In this document: positions 45,939 through 51,655 of the stretch, in pieces
Position numbering within the stretch: position 1 is the first letter of the stretch
Layout of the letters: each line of letters opens with the position of its first letter
From: an uncultured Candidatus Saccharibacteria bacterium
GTDB lineage: Bacteria > Patescibacteriota > Saccharimonadia > Saccharimonadales > Saccharimonadaceae
NCBI GenBank assembly: GCA_964566735.1
Contig: CAZMJB010000001.1
Span: 21,516 to 85,515, forward strand
DNA: 64,000 nucleotides
Reading direction: 5' to 3'
Notes under the pieces: generated by a model
What the model was told of the DNA's origin: nothing
The model's input: only the letters and a program-made list of their open reading frames with translations
Databases searched by the model: none
Program-made: the position numbers and the translations under genes

Positions 45939-46592
45939 CTATTCGGCTTTAAAAGAATTCTCTTCGCGCCACTTCGCGATTGCCGCGTGGTTACCACTTA
46001 AAAGTACCTCAGGTACCTTCATGTCGCGGAACTCAGCTGGCTTTGTGTACTGCGGGAACTCTAAAGTCTCACCATCAGAAAAGCTTTCAATTTCAGCGCT
46101 TGCCGCGCCGCCAAGTACACCCGGGATAAGCCGGACAATGCTATCAATAATCGTCATAGCCGGAAGCTCTCCGCCCGTAAGGACATAATCGCCCACACTT
46201 ACCTGCTCATCAACCAATGTCACGATGCGCTCATCGTAGCCTTCATAGCGGCCACAAATAAAAATGTAGCCATGATCTGCGTCTGCATAGCTTTGCGCGG
46301 TCGCCTGCTTCCAGCGCTGGCCTCGTGGCGTCATGAGGAGCACCTTTGCTGTTGGGTCATTTGCTTTTGCAGCTTCGACGGCAGCAAATAGCGGCTCGGG
46401 CTTCAGAAGCATGCCATCACCACCACCATACGGCGTGTCGTCTACTTGCTGGCGCGGGCCAATACCATAATCGCGTAAATTAATAAGTCCAAACTCAACA
46501 GCGCCCTGGTTCTGGGCTTTCCACATCATTGAGCTATTCAGCACGCCTTCAAACATTTCCGGAAATAGCGTGACTACTTGGATTTTCTTCAT
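45939..46592 (-). CDS. trmD: tRNA (guanine37-N1)-methyltransferase
   Basis: 217 aa with DDTPYGGGDGMLL and FICGRYEGYDERI. Confidence 0.95.
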   Translation of the reverse strand: MKKIQVVTLFPEMFEGVLNSSMMWKAQNQGAVEFGLINLRDYGIGPRQQVDDTPYGGGDGMLLKPEPLFAAVEAAKANDPTAKVLLMTPRGQRWKQATAQSYADADHGYIFICGRYEGYDERIVTLVDEQVSVGDYVLTGGELPAMTIIDSIVRLIPGVLGGAASAEIESFSDGETLEFPQYTKPAEFRDMKVPEVLLSGNHAAIAKWREENSFKAE

Positions 46593-46599
46593 CTGTACT

Positions 46600-46628
46600 A
46601 GTGTACGCTACATTGATATTTTTGTAAA
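46600..46628 (-). promoter_or_regulatory. Putative leaderless-type trmD promoter, TTTACA-17-TACACT, with the -10 ending 7 nt before the ATG
   Basis: On the minus strand TTTACA is at 46628-46623 and TACACT at 46605-46600, with the ATG at 46592. It overlaps the divergent promoter at 46613-46641. Confidence 0.5.
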
Positions 46629-46641
46629 TATGTGCTATAAT
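46613..46641 (+). promoter_or_regulatory. Near-consensus promoter, TTGATA-17-TGc-TATAAT
   Basis: TTGATA is at 46613-46618, followed by an exactly 17-nt spacer ending in TGC, and TATAAT at 46636-46641. Confidence 0.6.
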
Positions 46642-46673
46642 ATATGTATCAGTCCCCTACGACAGGAGTTGTC

Positions 46674-46931
46674 ATGAGTTCTGCAAGCACCGTGCTGATC
46701 GGTTTCTACACCGTTTCGGCCGAGTACATCGAGGCGAGCGACATCGTCCACACCGAGGCCGTCGAGGACAGCACCCCCGACATGCCGCCCACCTACAAGA
46801 TCATCTACACCCTCGAGGGATCCGACGAGGAGAGGATCGCATGGGTGGACCTGACGTGGTTCAACACCCTGAAGCCGTACGTGCTGCGCTACAGGGCTCG
46901 CCTCAACGCCGAAGCTGACGCCCTCGGCTGA
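46674..46931 (+). CDS. High-GC3 acidic hypothetical protein (85 aa), apparently xenologous
   Basis: An AGGAG RBS lies 5 nt before the ATG at 46674. The ORF-track start at 46644 falls at the predicted TSS. By my hand count about 75 of 85 codons end in G/C, unlike the neighbours. I recognise no family. Confidence 0.6.
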   Translation: MSSASTVLIGFYTVSAEYIEASDIVHTEAVEDSTPDMPPTYKIIYTLEGSDEERIAWVDLTWFNTLKPYVLRYRARLNAEADALG

Positions 46932-47097
46932 CCACCATCGCCGATACCGTCGGCAACGCCCCCAACGAAGAAAGTCTGCTGTTGAGCTGCAATACGCACT
47001 CCGGCTTGTCGCTCTTCAGGGGGCTTTCTTTATTGGGTCAAAAATTGCATTTATGATTTAAAGTATCCGCGCCCCGGGCTTTTCTATTCATAACGAT

Positions 47098-47135
47098 GTA
47101 TATAAACAAATAGACACCCTGAACGGGGTGTCTAT
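47098..47135 (-). terminator. Intrinsic terminator after the KH-domain gene
   Basis: The minus strand reads TAGACACCC, loop cgttca, GGGTGTCTA followed by TTTGTTTATAT. Confidence 0.6.
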
Positions 47136-47222
47136 TATACACATAAGCTCTCAACAAAATGTGGTTTTGTCGCTCGCATGAGCTGTTCTCGCAGTTCAAA
47201 GTGTGTTCTGAACTGCTTGTGA

Positions 47223-47624
47223 TTATATATCAAGATCGTCGAGGTCTGCAAGCTCTTGGCGAGTCTTTTTTGTGTATTCAGAACTATTGTCCACAGCTTC
47301 ATCTGTTGGACTTTCCACAGCTTCTGGATCTGTGGAAACTTGAGCATCTTCACTACTAAGGGTAGCGCCGGTTTGGCCATCGTTGTTTACAATCTTCAAG
47401 TTGTAGCGTGCATCATTCTTGGTACCAAGTGCGCGAAGAAGTGTACGGAGGCTCTGCGCGGTTACCCCGCGCTTACCAATGACACGTCCAAGGTCGTCTG
47501 GATTCACCGTAAGAGTAAGCAACACTCCCTTTTCGTCGATAACGCGGTCGACGACAACGTCGTCTGGATTTCCAACGACTGATTTTACGATATATTCTAT
47601 GAACTGCTGGTCTATGGTCGACAT
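47223..47624 (-). CDS. KH-domain RNA-binding protein (YlqC-like) with an acidic C-terminal tail
   Basis: The start is moved to MSTIDQQ, preceded by GAGGAGGGG. The KH motif VIGKRGVTAQSLRTLL is present. The gene occupies the usual position after rpsP. Confidence 0.85.
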   Translation of the reverse strand: MSTIDQQFIEYIVKSVVGNPDDVVVDRVIDEKGVLLTLTVNPDDLGRVIGKRGVTAQSLRTLLRALGTKNDARYNLKIVNNDGQTGATLSSEDAQVSTDPEAVESPTDEAVDNSSEYTKKTRQELADLDDLDI

Positions 47625-47729
47625 GTGGCCCCTCCTCGTGTCTCTGTCAAAGTATCGTACCTTTATTGTAGCATAGCGCTCTTTTTTGCCTACAATAAGC
47701 GTAAGCATTATTTTACCCCTTAGAGAGTA

Positions 47730-47758
47730 TTGACTTTTAAGCTATAAAGTGATATAAT
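47730..47758 (+). promoter_or_regulatory. Consensus-like promoter, TTGACT-17-TATAAT
   Basis: TTGACT is at 47730-47735, followed by an exactly 17-nt spacer, and TATAAT at 47753-47758. Confidence 0.6.
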
Positions 47759-47838
47759 TCAGCTCAACACTTTCTCTACTGGTAACAGTATGAGGTCGTG
47801 GAAGCAGTACCTGTCGGAAAAACTACGAAGGGACCATC

Positions 47839-48408
47839 TTGTCCAACAAGAACGACCGCACGCAGCGGCCGACCCAGAAGTACAGCGCCGCCGAGCTCAA
47901 GGAGCTGGCGGTGGAGGCGATCAAGATCATCGGCGATGCCACGGAGCCGGACGAGACCATCTCGTTCATCTCCCGGGAGACCCTGAAGATCTACATCGCG
48001 CTCCTCGGAGACGGGCGTCGGGCGAACGCCCGCAAGCACGCCGGCGTCGCCATGCAACAGATGCAGCAGAAGCTCAAGGCCGAGCGCTACCCGCACGCGA
48101 CCTGGCAGCGAGGCTGCGCCAAGGCGACCATCAACAGCGCGCTGGGCTACGCCCGCCGCGTGCTGAAGGGCAAGCTGCGTCACGAGGACGCGGTCGGCCT
48201 GATGAACCGCACCATCGAAGACCGCATCGCCAACCGCAAGGCCTTCGAGGAGAGCGGCGCCGGCTACGACGCGCGACGCCGTGCCAAGAGCGGCATCAAG
48301 ACGGAGCGCCCCTCCGCCCTCCAGGGTGGCCAGCGCTCGCGCAACACCCGCATGGAGCCGCACAAGCGCAACAAGCGGCACGCCGCGGCGTGGAGCGACG
48401 CCGCCTAG
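47839..48408 (+). CDS. High-GC3 basic hypothetical protein (189 aa, TTG start), apparently xenologous
   Basis: Among the overlapping ORFs in this GC-rich block, this is the frame I examined codon by codon and the only one whose translation is not Arg/Gly/Pro-dominated. The first 30 codons after the start all end in G or C (hand count). The C-terminal third is Arg/Lys-rich. I recognise no family. Confidence 0.6.
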   Translation: MSNKNDRTQRPTQKYSAAELKELAVEAIKIIGDATEPDETISFISRETLKIYIALLGDGRRANARKHAGVAMQQMQQKLKAERYPHATWQRGCAKATINSALGYARRVLKGKLRHEDAVGLMNRTIEDRIANRKAFEESGAGYDARRRAKSGIKTERPSALQGGQRSRNTRMEPHKRNKRHAAAWSDAA

Positions 48409-48455
48409 GCGACCACCGACAGGGAATCTCGATTCACCCCCCCGAGTCGAGCTAC

Positions 48456-48498
48456 AGCCCCCGGGACCCACGAGGTCCTGGGGGCTTCCCTCTTTTTA
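48456..48498 (+). terminator. Intrinsic terminator of the high-GC ORF
   Basis: AGCCCCCGGGACC, loop cacga, GGTCCTGGGGGCT followed by TCCCTCTTTTTA. Confidence 0.65.
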
Positions 48499-48510
48499 TA
48501 GACTTTTTAC

Positions 48511-48542
48511 TAATAAAAAAATCCCGCCGAGATGGCGGGATT
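48511..48542 (-). terminator. Intrinsic terminator after rpsP
   Basis: The minus strand reads AATCCCGCC, loop atctc, GGCGGGATT followed by TTTTTTATTA. Confidence 0.65.
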
Positions 48543-48560
48543 CATAACACGTGAAATAGA

Positions 48561-48941
48561 CTATTCAGCGCTTTCAGCAGGTGCTTCGGCTTCTTCTACA
48601 GGAGCTTCTTCAACTACTTCTTCCTTTGGTTGGTTCTTGCGGAGCTTTTCAGCGTTACGGATAGCTTTTTGCTTGTCGCTTGAAGCTTCTTTTACCCACT
48701 TAGGGAGTTTCACACCAGCTTCCTTGAGGAGCTTGGCAACACGAGGTGTTGGTTGCGCACCGTTGTCGAGGTACTTTTGCGCTACTTCAACTTGAACGTT
48801 AGCATCTTTAGTGTGTGGGTTGTAGCTTCCTACGTACGCAACAACACGACCGCTTGATGGGTGGCGTTGTGACTCTTGTACAGCGAGGCGGTAGGTTGGG
48901 TAACCGGCGCGTCCTACGCGTTGCAAACGAATTGCGAGCAT
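48561..48941 (-). CDS. rpsP: 30S ribosomal protein S16 with a C-terminal extension
   Basis: MLAIRLQRVGRAGYPTYRLAVQESQRHPSSGRVVAYVGSYNPH is the S16 core. A Lys/Glu/Ala-rich tail follows. Confidence 0.95.
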   Translation of the reverse strand: MLAIRLQRVGRAGYPTYRLAVQESQRHPSSGRVVAYVGSYNPHTKDANVQVEVAQKYLDNGAQPTPRVAKLLKEAGVKLPKWVKEASSDKQKAIRNAEKLRKNQPKEEVVEEAPVEEAEAPAESAE

Positions 48942-49045
48942 ATTTTAAACTTTTCCTTTAACTCTTTAGTCTATTGTGTAATAGCATTGATTTGAATTCT
49001 CTGGCTATTTTACACGTTTTATCTCTGTAAGTCAAGCCTGGAGAG

Positions 49046-49750
49046 CTAGGCCTGGTAGGTTTTCAGTGCAGCTTTCGCAGCTTCTTGCTGAGCAGCCTGC
49101 TTGCTTGGGCCAACACCTTGGCTTACGAGGCGATCACCGGCATAAACGCCGAGGGTGAATACCTTGTCATGATCTGGGCCAACTTCTTCAATAACAATGT
49201 AGCGAGGAGTAACCCCATCTACCTTTTGCATCACTTCCTGGAGGTGTGACTTAGGGTCGCGCCATGAACCTTCCTTCAAAATGTTGTCGAGCTTTGAAGT
49301 AATGTGCTTCGTAATAAATACTTCGGCGTCCGCGTAGCCACGCTCGAGGTAAATCGCACCAATCAGTGCCTCAAAGGCATTAGCAAGAATCTGTAGACGT
49401 GCACGCTCACTCCCCTGCTTCTCCCCACGGCTCATGCGAACAAGTGGTTCGTAGCCCAGCAGCTGCCCAGCAGCACCAATACTTTCGGTGCGCACAAGCG
49501 CCGCCCGCCAGCTTGTCAAAATACCTTCGGCTTCTTCATAATTGCGGAACAAAAAATCGGTTACAACAAGCTCAAGCACGGCGTCACCAAGGAACTCAAG
49601 TCGCTCGTTGTGCGCCGATACGCTTTTACGGTGTTCGTTTACATAACTACGATGTGTAAGCGCCGTGACAAGAAGGTCAATATTTTGAAACTCAAACCCA
49701 AGCTTCTCTCGAGCAAAATCTTGGTACGGAGCTGTTTGCATCCCACTCAT
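49046..49750 (-). CDS. rnc: Ribonuclease III
   Basis: The signature NERLEFLGDAVLE is present, with a C-terminal dsRBD. Confidence 0.95.
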   Translation of the reverse strand: MSGMQTAPYQDFAREKLGFEFQNIDLLVTALTHRSYVNEHRKSVSAHNERLEFLGDAVLELVVTDFLFRNYEEAEGILTSWRAALVRTESIGAAGQLLGYEPLVRMSRGEKQGSERARLQILANAFEALIGAIYLERGYADAEVFITKHITSKLDNILKEGSWRDPKSHLQEVMQKVDGVTPRYIVIEEVGPDHDKVFTLGVYAGDRLVSQGVGPSKQAAQQEAAKAALKTYQA

Positions 49751-50241
49751 TACAAGTTCTCCTGCCGAATGCGCTTCATCGCAAGCAGCATTAATTTACC
49801 GATGTCTTCATATTCAATTGCATCCAAAGCATCGTGGAATGGGAACCATTGAATACCATTCATCCATTCTTCTTTTTGAATCGCGTTGGTATCACCCTTT
49901 GCGCGTACAAGGTAAATTTGGGTAGTCATAAGCACCAGCTTATCGACTCGGCGGTAACGGAAATGAATTTTACCGAGCCAGCCAAGAAGATCAACTTCTT
50001 TTAGGCCAGCCTCTTCGCCAATCTCGCGGCGAGCGGTTTGTTGCGCAGTTTCACCTTCTTCAATGTGCCCCTTAGGTATCGTCCAGCGGTCTTTTGCGTC
50101 CTGAATCAGCAGGATCTCTACGCCTTTTGCGCCATGGCGAAAGACAATCCCACCTGCGGTCGGTTCACGGACAATTTCTTGAATAGATGGTTTTTTGCGC
50201 GAAAAGTATTTCTTAAACTTATCGAACTGTGGTGTCGCCAT
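49750..50241 (-). CDS. NUDIX hydrolase
   Basis: The Nudix box is GHIEEGETAQQTARREIGEEAGL. Confidence 0.85.
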   Translation of the reverse strand: MATPQFDKFKKYFSRKKPSIQEIVREPTAGGIVFRHGAKGVEILLIQDAKDRWTIPKGHIEEGETAQQTARREIGEEAGLKEVDLLGWLGKIHFRYRRVDKLVLMTTQIYLVRAKGDTNAIQKEEWMNGIQWFPFHDALDAIEYEDIGKLMLLAMKRIRQENL

Positions 50242-50680
50242 TCTCGGCTCCCTCTACAAGTGTGCGGTACGCGGTACCAAGTACCCCGTTTACAAACTTG
50301 CTCGAGTTATCGGAACCAAACGCTTTTGCGAGCTCGACGGCTTCGTTAATTGCTACCTTTGGTGGAACAATGTCTGCCTGGTGCAGAAGTTCATAGACAC
50401 CAATACGAAGGATGTTACGGTCGACACGAGCGATCTGCTCGATAGGCCAGTCTGGTGCAATTGGCTGAATCTTGCCATCAATAGCTTGTTGTTCTTTTAG
50501 AACACCAGCTACGAGGGAATCGACAAACTCTGTGTCATCAATCGCGGTTTCGTATCGCTCGAGATTGCGCGATAGAATTTCTTTAACATCAGCGGAATCG
50601 TCAGAAGACTCTTTACGGAATTCATATTCGTAAAGTGTTTGAAGTGCGACGATGCGGCCGAGATGACGATTAGATGCCAT
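50219..50680 (-). CDS. nusB: Transcription antitermination factor NusB
   Basis: 153 aa with RIVALQTLYEYEF and AINEAVELAKAFG. Confidence 0.9.
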   Translation of the reverse strand: MASNRHLGRIVALQTLYEYEFRKESSDDSADVKEILSRNLERYETAIDDTEFVDSLVAGVLKEQQAIDGKIQPIAPDWPIEQIARVDRNILRIGVYELLHQADIVPPKVAINEAVELAKAFGSDNSSKFVNGVLGTAYRTLVEGAENGDTTVR

Positions 50681-50749
50681 AATGCGTTGGTTCTCTTTGT
50701 TATTGTAAATGTAGCTTTATGTAAGTATACGCTTAAATGAGCGTAAGTG

Positions 50750-50774
50750 AAAAACGCCTGCTACTTAGCAAGCG
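50750..50774 (-). terminator. Intrinsic terminator overlapping the rpmF stop
   Basis: The minus strand reads CGCTTGCT, loop aagt, AGCAGGCG followed by TTTTT. Confidence 0.5.
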
Positions 50775-50910
50775 CCTTACCGGTTTCTTTGCGAGTTGTC
50801 TTAACCTTTACAGGTGACTTTCCGTTCACACGACGAGCAAGCGTCAGACGCAGGTGGCTGCGGCGGAGACCCGTCTTTCGTGGGCTACTCTGCTTCTTTG
50901 GTTGTGCCAT
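50761..50910 (-). CDS. rpmF: 50S ribosomal protein L32
   Basis: It is below the ORF-track size cut-off. Hand translation gives MAQPKKQSSPRKTGLRRSHLRLTLARRVNGKSPVKVKTTRKETGKALAK. The L32 N-terminal pattern MA.PK.K.S...RR.H is present, and an AAGGAG RBS sits upstream. Confidence 0.85.
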   Translation of the reverse strand: MAQPKKQSSPRKTGLRRSHLRLTLARRVNGKSPVKVKTTRKETGKALAK

Positions 50911-51066
50911 TCAAAGTGCTCCTTTTCCTAGGTGTTATTAAATCTTAGGGTTCATTATACTATTTTTACTACAGTTACTCAAGGGGGGTGACCACATAAG
51001 ATAACGATTGTGCTTACTATCGCTTATATGGTATTGTAATGAAAATACTTAAAACACAAACATATC

Positions 51067-51615
51067 ATGCCAATAGAAGACGAATTTGACCCAAGTGAAG
51101 GAAGCCCCTTTATCAAAGGTGCCTCAACACTTGACCCAGAGATGGCGGCCAGGGCTCGGAGCCTCGTGCCCCCTGCGGCCGAAACGACGCAACCGACAAG
51201 AGAGCGCGTAAGCCTCACACCCCCTCCTCCACCTGTGGTCGAGCGTAATTCTGAACCCGAGAATATGCGCCTCAGGCTCACTCCTCGTGGACGACGCCTT
51301 GGCGCAGCGGTACTGGCGGGCGGCGTTACGGCCGCGGTTGCCGTAGGAGTTACGGCGGGAGCAAACGCTATCAATGCAGCGGAGACAGAAGCGCTTTTAT
51401 CATCACCGACTATTGAAGCGCACGTACAGCAAGGTGACGGACTGCAGAAACTTATTGAAGAGAATGTTCCAAGCGTCGCCTCTGGAGAGAGGGACTGGCG
51501 AGACGTTGCTGACGATATCAGTCAACTACCGCAGAATAGCGAGATTACCGAGCCGGGCTACGTCCTTATGCCAGGCGACACGGTCTCCATTCCTATTTAC
51601 GAATCAAATAAATAA
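51067..51615 (+). CDS. Membrane-anchored hypothetical protein
   Basis: 182 aa with a Pro-rich N-terminus and one TM helix (AAVLAGGVTAAVAVGVTAGA). The C-terminal domain ends YVLMPGDTVSIP. Confidence 0.55.
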   Translation: MPIEDEFDPSEGSPFIKGASTLDPEMAARARSLVPPAAETTQPTRERVSLTPPPPPVVERNSEPENMRLRLTPRGRRLGAAVLAGGVTAAVAVGVTAGANAINAAETEALLSSPTIEAHVQQGDGLQKLIEENVPSVASGERDWRDVADDISQLPQNSEITEPGYVLMPGDTVSIPIYESNK

Positions 51616-51616
51616 C

Positions 51617-51644
51617 AAAAAACGGCCACCGAGGCCGTTTTTTA
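51617..51644. terminator. Bidirectional intrinsic terminator
   Basis: AAAAAACGGCC, loop accga, GGCCGTTTTTT. It lies between convergent genes. Confidence 0.65.
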
Positions 51645-51655
51645 TACAAGTAATT

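Noticed and set aside
47776-48554. 231-aa minus-strand ORF and the 254-aa, 88-aa and 62-aa plus-strand ORFs overlapping the 47839-48408 ORF
   Set aside because: Their translations are Arg/Gly/Pro/Ala-dominated, which is typical of out-of-frame reading of very GC-rich DNA. By contrast, the 47839 frame, which I checked codon by codon, shows near-uniform G/C at third positions and a normal amino-acid composition.
51067-51615. Locally GC-rich ORF as a third foreign gene
   Set aside because: The GC enrichment comes from Ala/Pro/Arg/Gly-rich amino-acid composition. Third codon positions are mixed (CCA, ATA, GAA, TTT, GGT and so on), unlike the ORFs at 46674 and 47839.
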